A stretch of DNA of 64,000 bases from Octopus sinensis (lineage: Eukaryota): the NCBI RefSeq assembly GCF_006345805.1, contig NC_043023.1, positions 13,764,001 through 13,828,000 on the forward strand, in the 5' to 3' direction. Shown here piece after piece: positions 1 to 11,622 of the stretch. Positions within the stretch are counted from its first letter, which is position 1. Each line of letters begins with the position of its first letter. Below the pieces are notes generated by a model. That model searched no databases, was not told where the DNA came from, and worked only from the letters and a program-made list of their open reading frames with translations. A program made the position numbers and the translations under genes.

Positions 1-1946
1 ATTCCCGACGATTAGGACATAAAAACCCCCAGATCGTATCAACGTTTAAAAAAAATCAATTTTTACAAAAACGTTTATTAGCCAATCGTTATGACTGAAA
101 GAAAAGGGTAAAAAAATGCTGGAAAAAAAAAAGGGGGCTCATTATATTTCACATATTTACAGACATCTTGTAATGAAGCAATCAATAGAGGTTCAAACTA
201 AGATATATTTTATACATCATCTTGCGAATATGCTGCCATGGGTTTCTGCAGCCGGATGCCCTGCTTATTGCCAACCAGTTCACAGCATATAACCCAGTGC
301 TTTATTGATGGCACTGACACTATGGGTTCACCATGCAGCTTAACAGAGTTTGAACCCCGAATGGAGAGGAAGGACTTTGGGACCTGAGCACAGCTCGTCC
401 CATCTTCATGTCTCGCTGCAAACAATTTCTTCCAGAAGAGAAAAAAAAAAAATCAGACGGGCAGAGTGAAAAAGAAAATCCAAGCCCAAAAACTTTATCG
501 GTCTCAAAAGGGATGAAAGGCCAAATCGACTGTGGTGAGATCTGAGTATATAGGAACTGGAACGATTACCATGGACCAAAATCCAAATTATCATTTAGCA
601 AGTCATCACCATTCCATGCTTGCACCAGTCGGACAAAGATTTTCAATGCCCATGCCCTTTGTGTAAACCAATCCTCACCTGGTTTTAAGTAAGGCAACAT
701 TCTCCTAGAGCAGGCATATTCTCACATAAGACTTGACCGACTGCTCGCACGATGGTGACAACACACGAGCTTCTACCAGTTTTCATCAACAAAGAACCAC
801 TCACAAAGCTTTTGGTCAGCTTGAAGCAATAGAAGGCACTTGTGCAAAATGCTCCACAATGGGACTGAACCTGAAACCTTGCTTGATAAGAGCAGTATGT
901 AACCACACAGCCACGTCTTCACCTATATCTGCAGCCAACATAAAGAATTGGTTGCTATCCAAAAATAACCGGGTGATTAATATTCAGTTGGAAACTGGAT
1001 ATTTTGAAACACCTAAGCAACAACAATCTGAAGGATTAAACAGGTTTTTATAAACACTCTCTGGCAGATAACATCCTAAATAAATAGTTTATCTTGAGTA
1101 GATGTATTTGAGCATTTTATACCACATATACATGCACATGTAACAATCTCGATCTGTTTATACTCTTTCCATAAAAATGTTTTCTTTTTGTTAATCATTT
1201 TTTTTTCCTTTTCTAAAAAAAATTATAAATAAAGACGTTAACCATCTTTCAAAGTCATGTAATTTTAGATAATCTGAAACCTCCATTGCCAACATAGTGG
1301 AAGTCAATTATCTGCTTTGGAGACAGCACACGTACAAGGGTAAGAAAACAATGAACCCTGATGTGTTGGTTTTTTAATTATGTATATATATATATATATA
1401 AAACAATTCTTAATCAAATAGCAGTGATCAATGACCTTCAGGCTAATTTTATCTTATTTTCAGAAACAGTTTATGTCCATTTTAATCAAAGATATTATTG
1501 TATAGTTTAAGACTGGCTCCTTATTTAAACCATGAAATGATTTTATCTTCAGTCTTATCCTAGATTGTGTGTGCATGCACTGTTCCCCATTAACAAATAA
1601 GTACAACTTCACCTATGTTGGCAATGGAAGCTTCTAATTGGCTAAAATGTGATATTTTTTATTAATTTCTAGGGGTGGCTCTTACCAACTAAAACTACAT
1701 CAATGCAGAAAATTATCCATGCCTCTTACTGTCTGTATCTAAATAAACTAATGTCCTTGAAGAAGAATCAGAGCATGGCAGGTTTGAGACAGTGGATACT
1801 GGAGCTTGTCTAGTAAGAAAATTTCAATCAGATTATGTCTGCCAGATCTACAGGATGTGAAATACCCACTTCTTATGCAAGTGCTAACTTGCTCTCTCTA
1901 GGTACCACACAACACATAGGGTAGCGAGATTTTGCTACTCAAACAG

Positions 1947-2149
1947 TTTAGCATTTAAACCAGCCACAATCAGGCCCAGATGGTCCATTTGTTTTATGTA
2001 CAAACCAGCCAGATCTGGTTTCTCACACCTAACCAACAATGTCATTCTAAAAACAATCATATGATCAAAATCTTGAAGCTACAAGATTATGCATGATTAA
2101 TTCAAGACAATGCAAATAAATAAGCATCACATTTAATCAGACAGGGTTA
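1947..2149. mobile_element. Degenerate piggyBac-like MITE (ends ...AGGGTTAA)
   Basis: Same internal sequence (cacaccta..caatgtcattctaaaa..aagctacaagat..tgaataaataag) recurs at 41.9-45.0 kb; right end acagggttaa fits a TTAA target. Confidence 0.5.
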
Positions 2150-2759
2150 AGCAACTGGGCTACGGCCCTCATTGATGTACCCAGACCTGCAGGAGAACTT
2201 GATCGTCCTGATGACACCAGACACCAAACAGCAGCTGAGATTTGTTTCCTTTGGCTACAGATGAAACATCCCAGCCATCCAAAGGCCTCCAGCTCTTTGC
2301 TGACCCTAAAATACAAAGGAAGCAGCCACATTCAACAACAAACAAACTAGCTCCAAATCACTGGGATAGGCAGCTAGAGCCACAAGCACAATATGTGCTT
2401 TTATTTACACTTCCAGTGTCAGATATGCAATCTGCCATTGTCTGGTGCTGCCAACAAGTCTGAAAGAGAAATGAGAAAGTTAAAAACTTTGACATGTCTT
2501 AGAAACATTTTGTGAGATTGGCTTCCATTTAAGGCTTGCTAAAAATCTTCACAAACACCAGATGCATTTCTATGGCTGTGTATACATATATATGTATACA
2601 CACACTTTTTTATTTATAATTAACAAGGTGGCTAGAATTGAATATAAATTTATTTTCAAGCTGTTCTTAGACATAAAACAAAGAACTTCCACCTTTAGCT
2701 TTGTCTATATATCATTGTCCTACATTATAAATAATACTGGGAAAGTGGCATTTTCTCTC

Positions 2760-3481
2760 CGTACCTTTGCAAAAATTTTCACAACATATTCTGAAAATGT
2801 ATTACAATTATACATCATTATATATCTACCCCATTTGTAAAGGTATTTGTAGAAATTTCAAAAAAAAAAAAAATCCGAAAGGTGTGAGAGAAATTAACAT
2901 GAATTGGTCACGTTTCCTCATAACAAAATAAAAAAAGTTTTTTGGGTTTTTTTTTTACAATTATACATTATATATCTACCCCATTTGCAAAGGTATTTGT
3001 AGAAATTTCAAAAAAAAAAAAAAATGGTCCAATTTTTTTTTTTTTTGCAAGTTATGAGAAAATAATGAAATTTCCTGCAAATACCATTCAAATGGTGTAG
3101 ATTTCGATTATATCAGAAGTCTATGTGGGGGGGAAAAATAAATGAAAAAATCCGAAAGGAATGTGAGCGAAATTAACATGAATTGGTCACGTTTCCTCAT
3201 ACCTAAAAAAAAAAATTTTTTTTTTTTTTTTTAATGGAATTTCCTACAAATATCTATTAGGCGGTAAAAATTACTATAAATTCTGATGTAACTAAACACA
3301 AATATATTTGTGGAAATTCATAAAGCTATCGAAGAAGAGACGAGACGAGCGAATTTTTCCGCGACTCCCCTCCCGATCATCGGAAAATTTTTTTCATAAA
3401 TTCTCATCCACAGCATCTGAAAGGTTTCCGTAGAAAATTTTTAAAAAATAAGGTTACGGAGGGCGTATGCCATACCTTTAA
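2760..3481. mobile_element. AT-rich DNA-transposon remnant with internal duplications; Kolobok-like right end
   Basis: Blocks tatatctaccccattt..gtagaaatttc and aaatccgaaagg..cacgtttcctcata each occur twice; right end ...catacct followed by TTAA (3478-3481); left end not found. Confidence 0.3.
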
Positions 3482-3914
3482 TATACACTATTATTTTCTA
3501 ATATTAGATTCGATCTGAACCCGCACTGCTAGGGAAAGAAACTCAGTAAGCTGCCCCAGTGAACTGTGTGGATTAAGGACACACGGACACACACACACAC
3601 ACCCCACCGCACCTGCTGTCACGTGTATGCAATTTCCAATGGCTTCCATGCTACACGGAAAATATTGCCGGAGGAGGAGGACACATTCCACGTTGCGGCA
3701 AAATTTCGTTTCAAATAAAGCAACGCTTCCGTAACTCAAAGACTTTGTTCTATTTCACCCGGTATTTTTTACCGGCCAGCTTCTTGTAAAACCCTTCGAA
3801 CCCACGTGTTTATTGCAAAAATTACATTGTGAAGATACCTAATGCTTCGATCTATTGCCAATAAATTATATTTTAACACCTATCGGCAACATTTAGGCAT
3901 GGTAGTAACGAAAT

Positions 3915-4316
3915 GGCGATCTTTCGTCTCTAGTAGACCTTTCCGTCGATTTCCGTAAAAAAAATTTTTTTTTTTTTTACATATGGGCTTGCGGGAACTT
4001 TTGAAGTAATGAGAGCGAAAGAGGCTAAGAGAAAGCGATTGTATGACGAGGGAAGTTCTTTTGAAGTTACCGTGCATGGGAAGCATTGATGTACATGTGT
4101 GTGTGTGGGAGACAGACAGTATGTTGTGTAAGTGAAGTGCTTCTGTTAGTGTGTGTGAAGAGACAGAGTAATGTGTGAAAGAGAAAGAGATAACTGAATT
4201 TTTTTACTCGGTGTATGTGTATATGTATGTATATTACTTCAAAAGTTCCCGCAAGCCCATATGTAAAAAAAAAAAAAATTTTTTGACGGAAGGTCTACTA
4301 GAGGCGAAAGATCGCC
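3915..4316. mobile_element. MITE, about 400 bp, with about 90-bp terminal inverted repeats (GGCGATCTTTCG...CGAAAGATCGCC)
   Basis: Arm 3915-4010 is the reverse complement of 4233-4316 apart from a 10-bp indel; a second copy lies at 6154-6546. Confidence 0.85.
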
Positions 4317-4618
4317 CCTATCTGCAACATTTAGGCATGCTAGTAACGAAAGAATGGCCGAACTGATCCCATTTCATCATTTTCACTCTCCCTCAAATTT
4401 TGAACAAAATACACATTAGATTTAATGCCTAAATCTCTGTGTAGAGCAGTGCGCTCCGCAACCTGAATATAATTTCTCCCCAATTGTGCCGCTGAATGTA
4501 GAAAATATAAGTGTGCCGCAAGTGAAAATCGGTTGTAGAGTACTGGCCTTGACCACCACCGACGGTTTGAAACCTTTCATGGCGGGTTCTAATCGAAGCG
4601 CGAACACACGCATGGACT

Positions 4619-4669
<51 letters not shown>

Positions 4670-6153
4670 TTGAGTGGTAGAGTTCGTTCGTACAAGAAAA
4701 TCCAGTAAATTCAAATATAAGCAGCACGAATTTAATCCGCATTGGATTAATAGTTAAATCTGTTAGTTTGGACAACCATCAACGAATGTGCGATCGTAGC
4801 TAATTCTGAAATACGGTTCGAAACTGACAAATCAATCGATATTGGCCTTTGCCGAACAAATATATGTCACTTTGAGACCAATACCGATTGATTGCCTTGA
4901 AACCTTTAAAAGGCGAGTTCTAATGAGTAAAAAAAAAAAACCCAGTAAATTCAAAAATACTTAAAATTAGAAGCAGGGTTTAAAAAGGAAGTTTTTCCCG
5001 CAAAAAATAACGGTACCTAAGGTTTCTGATGGAAATGGGGCGGGCAAGGGATTAATTACCACAACCAGGAAATTCACCACGGAGAATTCACACAGCAGTT
5101 CTCAACCAGGATTCATTGATTTTTAAATTGGGAATCAATAAAGGGGAGCCCTTGAAAAAAAACTTGCTTTAGAAGTATATAATGCAAGAAACAACAAACA
5201 AAACAGGAATTTTGAAAGCAGTTTCTACAAAGCTAGACTTGCCTAAATATCAAATAATTAAGGAGGTCCATCAGAATAGAATAGTAATCTAAAGGGTCCA
5301 TAGATAAATAGTTGAGAACCCCTAGTTTAAAGCGTAAATTAAATGTGTATAATTTCTCTTTAATGCTTTAAGCAGACACACACACACACGCAGCTCATAG
5401 CCCCCTTTATAAATTTTTGGTGAGCACAGTCGGGGTAAGGCAATACAAAAAGGATCTACCAAGCTTTAAGGTCAGGCATAGCTTAGTTTTGAAAAAAAAA
5501 AAAAAAATCTCTAAAAAGTCAACGAGTGCTGTTTGCTATATATGATTGATATATAGCAAATCGATCACCGGTCAATTCCTGAAAACAGAGACTGACGTTT
5601 AAAATATGAAAAAATTCGTCATCGGTGTTGCAATAAAAAATTTTTCTAAAAAAAAAAATCAATAAATGGGTGTGTGAAGAGAAACAAACCGAGGGGGGAA
5701 CATTTTTTATTTAAATAAAATAAAATCTTTTGAAACTGGCAATAATAAAATTTTATATATTGCTAACAATATTTTTTTTTTTTAAATTGGGACGCTAAAA
5801 GTAAATAGTGCATATATTATATATCGACCTCAATTACATCACTTAGTACCTTTAGTTCATCCATTCCGGAAAACAATAAATTAAAAACAAAAAACTGATT
5901 TCAACAAGAATTGAACTCCGAGTGTTATGAACAGGTAGAAAATAAAGCAACGTATTGTGCAACGCTTTGATGGCGATTTACCGCTCATTTTGTAAATAAT
6001 TTAAACTTACATAAACATGTATATGTGCTCTAGTTACTAAAATTAAACCATTTTTCATACCTAATCTGAAGAAATACACAGTTTAAACTAACATTATGAA
6101 GGCATTTATATCTCCATGTAGTATGAAACGAGCGTAATCAAAGAATTAAATTT

Positions 6154-6546
6154 GGCAATCTTTCGTCTCTAGTAGACCTTTCCGTCGATTTCCGTAAAAT
6201 TTTTTTTTTTTAACGTATGGGCTTGCGAGAACTTTTGAAGTAATATACATACATACATACATATACACATACACCGAGTAAAAAATTTCAGTTATCTCTT
6301 TCTTTCACACATTACTCTGTCTCTTCACACACACTAACAGAAGCACTTCACTTACACAACATACTGTCTGTCTCCCCACACCCCATCAAACACACACATG
6401 TACATCAATGCTTTGATAACTTCAAAAGAAATTCCCTCGTCATAAAATCGCTTCCTCTTAGTCTCTTTCGCTCTCATTACTTCAAAAGTTCCCGCAAATC
6501 CATATGTAAAAAAAAATTTTTTTTACGGAAAGGTCGAAAGATTGCC
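6154..6546. mobile_element. Second copy of the same MITE, opposite orientation
   Basis: TIR GGCAATCTTTCG...CGAAAGATTGCC; interior is the reverse complement of 4011-4232; AAATTT on both flanks. Confidence 0.85.
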
Positions 6547-6930
6547 AAATTTTATATATGTGAAAAACAATCCCCACCCCTAGACGTTAATAAGTAAAAC
6601 TTCTTTTCTCATATATCTAATCTTTTAACTATTTCAATAGACTGCGGGCCATGGTGGGAAACCGCCTTCAAGCATTTTAGCCGGGCAAAATGGACCCCCA
6701 GGACTTTCGCTGCCTTCAGTCTATCAATGAAAAGGCAAAAGCGAATTCTAGTTTCTCATAGCTTTTGTTTTGTGGGGGGGAATTTCCACAAAATTGTTTA
6801 TTTGCGTGCTACACCCAAAGAATTCATACGATTGTGAGAAAATAAAAATATTTCTCCCACCCCACCTGCCAAATCTTTAAACCTGAATCGGTCATTTATC
6901 CAGAGATTATCCAGCTAGAGTGAGTGACCA

Positions 6931-7415
6931 GGACCTCTAAAAGATATCAGTGCCTTTCTTTCTCCCTTTCGTCTTCCCTTATAAAAAATACATTTCGTTT
7001 ATGTATTAAGGACCACTAAAAGTTAGCAGTGCCACTTTCTCTCATTAAAATAAGCCCTTCTTTGAACAAAGCCCTATATTACACACATATTTCTGGTTTC
7101 CCCGATGACAGTTTGATCATATACACTGAAAATTAAAAATGGTCAAACAAAACGAAAATGATATACAGAAATCTACTTTTAAATGTCAAGCAGAGTATCT
7201 AGAATAAATTTTGTATATAATAAAATAAGGACACAAAATTAGGGCCTTTGAAGGTCAGCATCGACTACACTAAACAATGCATACGCACATGCGTAACAGT
7301 GGGACCTCTAAAAGTTAACAGTGCCCACCATATGACTACATACGCACATAACATACAAAGTGGGACAGCTAAAGGACAATAGAGCCTACATATGTCTGAG
7401 GGGAAATCAAATGTG

Positions 7416-7452
<37 letters not shown>

Positions 7453-8114
7453 TGATAATCTATTCATAGAATGTGTATTCTCAATGTCCTAATAAAACAA
7501 GTGACTAAAGATTTGATTTTAAAATTTTCACCATTAAACCCTAAGGTTTTATATACACACAACTGCTAAACAGTATATATAAATTACATATATTTTTCCT
7601 GTGTGTAAAATAGTGGGGACTCTAAAAGTTAAGTGCCACTATATATACACACACACATTTATAAATATATATACATACATTTATAATATATATACACACA
7701 TTATTTCTCTATATATACACACACAATTATTTCTATATATATACACAATATTTTTCTATATATATATATATATAAACACGATTATTTCTATATATATACA
7801 CACACACATTATTTCTATATACACACACAATTATTTCTATATACACACACAATTATTTCTATATATACACACAATTATTTCTATATATACACACAATTAT
7901 TTCTATATATATACACACACATTATTTCTCTATATACACACACACACACACTTTCTATATATATATATATATACACAATTATTTTTATATATATACACAC
8001 ACACATTATTTCTCTATATATATATACACACACAATTATTTCTATATATATACACAATTATTTCTATATATACACACACACACTTTCTATATATATATAA
8101 TATATATATATACA

Positions 8115-8157
<43 letters not shown>

Positions 8158-8189
8158 TTCTATATATATATATATATACATACACACAC

Positions 8190-8228
<39 letters not shown>

Positions 8229-8264
8229 TTTCTATATATATATATATATATACACACACATTTC

Positions 8265-8302
<38 letters not shown>

Positions 8303-8373
8303 TTTCTATATATACATACATATACGCACACAGTGTGCACATGATAGCGGGTCGGCTAAAAGACAATTATGGC
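6931..8373 (+). repeat. Cluster of seven about 25-bp motifs GGGACCTCTAAAAGTTA(N)CAGTGCC
   Basis: Variants at 6931, 7010, 7242, 7301, 7362, 7615 and 8349, all in the same orientation with mostly unrelated spacers. Confidence 0.5.
7640..8335. repeat. AT/AC minisatellite (acacaca(a)ttatttctatatat units)
   Basis: Direct 20-35 bp units; source of the spurious 247-aa ORF. Confidence 0.9.
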
Positions 8374-8725
8374 TGAAATTATATATAAAATTCATTTTCT
8401 TGTTGGCTAAAAATGATCTTAATTCGTCCTAATTCTAAGAATAAATTAGTAAATCTCTCCACACGAAGTGAAACATCATAATAGCCTCGACCTTATCGAT
8501 CGCCGTTGAATGCCGGTTAAACGTGAGGCATTTAATAAATTGGGGGGAAAAATGTGATTACAGAAAAACCATGGAAAAGCTGGAAAAAAACGGATTAAAA
8601 TTACATAAAAGTGTTAATAAATGGATGAGGAATGTTTTGGGTGTGTTTTTGGTGATGTTTCGTTGAAATTTTCGGCGTAAATCCTGCGCCGAATGCGAGA
8701 AAGAACAAAAAGAAGAGATAAAAAC

Positions 8726-8790
8726 CAAGATGGCGAGATGAAGACGGAAGAAGAAGAAACATGGCGGGGGAAGGAAAAAAAAATGGCATC
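8726..8790 (+). promoter_or_regulatory. Three YY1-like motifs (CAAGATGGCG, AAACATGGCGG, AAAATGGC)
   Basis: Motif match only, in a CpG-containing unique stretch next to a candidate first exon. Confidence 0.4.
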
Positions 8791-8900
8791 GATATTTCTG
8801 AGGCGGAAAACGGGCGGAAAAAATGGAGAAAAGTGGGAAGAAATTCATTGAAATTCAGAGCAGAGGGAATGGAGAATCGAATAAAATGGTTTTCATTTAC

Positions 8901-9031
8901 CTCGGCTGTATATTTAACCAGACAAACGGGGGTGGAAAAAAAAAACTATGGTGTACAAACAGCGCGGCCGACACTAAGATCAACCAAAGTAGAACACCGC
9001 GAACTGGGGAAAGGACGACTGGGAAGAAAGA
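8901..9031 (-). other. Probable non-coding first exon of an unidentified minus-strand gene
   Basis: Strong donor CCGAG|GTAAAT at 8901/8900 on the minus strand; begins at TCT-like TCTTTCTTCCC (9031-9021); no ATG in the exon; CpG-rich. Confidence 0.55.
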
Positions 9032-9037
9032 CACAAG

Positions 9038-9069
9038 TACGCATGCGCCAACGGTACCTCGCAGCCAAT
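9038..9069. promoter_or_regulatory. NRF1-like site plus CCAAT box
   Basis: TACGCATGCGC (9038-9048, one mismatch to the NRF1 palindrome) and AGCCAATC (CCAAT 9065-9069), directly upstream of the candidate exon. Confidence 0.55.
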
Positions 9070-9083
9070 CGCGTTGCAGCTTA

Positions 9084-10990
9084 CACATTCAAGCGTTATT
9101 ATCTTACATTTTGTGTTTTTCTTTTTTCTTTTCTCTCCCACTCTCTGTCTCTTACTCTTTTTCTTTTCTTTCACTCGCTCTCTCACTCACTCTTTTTGTT
9201 TCTTTTTGTCTGTCTTTATCTCTCTTTTATGTCTCCCTCTCTTTCCTCTCTCACATTCAAGCGTTATCTTACAGTTTATTTTCCTTTTTTCTTTTCTCTC
9301 CCACTCTCTGTCTCTTACTCTTTTTCTTTTCTTTCACTCGCTCTCTCACTCACTCTTTTTGTTTCTTTTTGTCTGTCTTTCTCTCTCTCTTTTATATCGC
9401 TCTCTTTCCTCTCTCTCACATTCAAGCGTTATCTTACAGTTTATTTTCCTTTTTTCTTTTCTCTCTCTCTCTCTGTCTCTTACTCTTTTTCTTTTCTTTC
9501 ACTCGCTCTCTCACTCACTCTTTTTGTTTCTTTTTGTCTGTCTTTCTCTCTCTTTTATGTCTCTCTCTCTTTCCTCTCTCTCTCACATTCAAGCGTTATC
9601 TTACAGTTATTTTCCTTTTTTTCTTTTCTCTCCCACTCTCTGTCTCTTACTCTTTTTCTTTTCTTTCACTCGCTCTCTCACTCACTCTTTTTGTTTCTTT
9701 TTGTCTGTCTTTCTCTCTCTCTTTTATATCGCTCTCTTTCCTCTCTCTCACATTCAAGCGTTATCTTACAGTTTATTGTTTCTTTTTTCTTTCTCTCTCT
9801 CTCTCTCTCTCTGTCTCTTACTCTTTTTCTTTTCTTCGACTCGCTCTCTCACTCTCTCACTCACTCTTTTTGTTTCTTTTTTGTCTATCTTTCGCACTCT
9901 TTTATTCCTCTCTCTTTTCTCTTACTCTTTTTCTTTTCTCTCTCTCTTTTATGTCTCTCTCTTTCCTCTCTCTCTCACATTCAAGCGTTATCTTACAGTT
10001 TATTTTCCTTTTTTCTTTTCTCTCTCACTCTCTGTCTGTCTCTTACTCTTTTCTTTCACTCGCTCTCTCACTCTTTTTGTTTCTTTTTGTCTGTCTTTCT
10101 CTCTCTTTTATGTCTCTCTCTCTTTCCACTCTCTCACATTCAAGCGTTATCTTACAGTTTATTTTCCTTTTTTCTTTTCTCTCCCACTCTCTGTCTCTTA
10201 CTCTTTTTCTTTTCTTTCACTCGCTCTCTCACTCACTCTTTTTGTTTCTTTTTGTCTGTCTTTCTCTCTCTTTTATGTCTCTCTCTCTTTCCTCTCTCTC
10301 TCACATTCAAGCGTTATCTTACAGTTTATTGTTTCTTTTTTCTTTTCTCTCCCACTCTCTGTCTCTTACTCTTTTTCTTTTCTTTCACTCGCTCTCTCAC
10401 TCACTCTTTTTGTTTCTTTTTGTCTGTCTTTCTCTCTCTCTTTTATATCGCTCTCTTTCCTCTCTCTCACATTCAAGCGTTATCTTACAGTTTATTGTTT
10501 CTTTTTTCTTTCCTCTCTCACTCTCTCTGTCTCTTACTCTTTTTCTTTTCTTCGACTCGCTCTCTCACTCTCTCACTCTTTTTGTTTCTTTTTGTCTATC
10601 TTTCGCACTCTTTTATTCCTCTCTCTTTTCTCTTACTCTTTTTCTTTCTCTCTCTTTTATGTCTCTCTCTTTCCTCTCTCTCTCACATTCAAGCGTTATC
10701 TTACATTTATTTTCCTTTTTTCTTTCTCTCTCACTCTCTGTCTGTCTCTTACTCTTTTTCTTTCACTCGCTCTCTCACTCTTTTTGTTTCTTTTTGTCTG
10801 TCTTTCTCTCTCTTTTATGTCTCTCTCTCTTTCCACTCTCTCACATTCAAGCGTTATCTTACAGTTTATTTTCCTTTTTTCTTTTCTCTCCCACTCTCTG
10901 TCTGTCTCTTACTCTTTTTCTTTCTCTCTCTTTTATTTCTCTCCCTTTCCACTCTCTCACATTCAAGCGTTATCTGACAGTTTATTTTCT
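9084..10990. repeat. 12-unit CT-rich tandem repeat (about 165 bp) with invariant core CACATTCAAGCGTTATCTTACA
   Basis: Core starts at about 9084, 9252, 9417, 9584, 9749, 9976, 10135, 10302, 10468, 10684, 10842 and 10958; explains the three 676-758 aa L/F/S ORFs. Confidence 0.95.
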
Positions 10991-11588
10991 TTGTTCTTTT
11001 CTTTCTTTCACTCTCTCTCTCTCTCTCTCACTCGTTTTCTTTCTTTCTTTTTGTCTATCTCTCTCTCTCTTTTATTTCTCTCACTTTTCTCTTTCTTAGT
11101 CTAAATCTCCCTTTTACTTTTTCCTACTTCGTCTCTCTCTCTCTTACTCTTTCTTTCTGTCTATTTTTATCTTTCTTTCTCTCTTTCTTTTTCCTCTCTC
11201 TCACTCTTTTGCTTTCCCCTGATTCAATTCCTCTTTTCTTTCTTTCTTTCTGTCCATCTTCATCTTTCTTTCACTTTCTCTTTTCCCTCTCTCTTTTGCT
11301 TTCTCCAACTCAATCTCTCTTCCTTTCTCTCTATCTTTATCTTTCTTTCTCTCTACTTCATCTAGCTTTCTATCTACCTTTATCTATTTTTCGCTCTTTT
11401 TCTCCTTATCATATTTTCCCCCTCTCTCTCTCTCCCTATCGTATTTGCTCTCTCTTTTCCTTTTCCTACCTTTTCTATTTTCTCGCTCATTTCCCTTTCT
11501 CTCTCTCTTTCTCTCTGTCTACTTTCCCTCTCTTTGTCGCTATCTTATTTTCTCTCCCTTCTCTCTCTTTCTCTTTCCTGCTTTCTTA

Positions 11589-11622
<34 letters not shown>

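Noticed and set aside
210-1053. Short ORFs at the window start
   Set aside because: They overlap decayed copies of the RTE 3' end (ggatgccctgcttattgccaacc) and SINE A head (gggactgaacctgaaacc); no protein family recognised.
1270-1340. Apparent + strand exon (AG..AAGG|GTAAGA)
   Set aside because: Stops in all three frames; the segment is an imperfect inverted repeat of 1605-1630, so it is probably an old transposon remnant.
4422-4680. ORFs with GCCATG / ATGGCG context
   Set aside because: No recognisable product or convincing donor; left uncalled.
9084-10990. CRISPR-like look (constant core plus variable spacer)
   Set aside because: Spacers are mutually homologous low-complexity sequence, periods are about 165 bp, context is eukaryotic and there are no cas genes.
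8761-11104. 738, 758 and 676 aa ORFs
   Set aside because: CT-rich tandem repeat cannot form stop codons easily; open in all three frames; composition L/F/S only.
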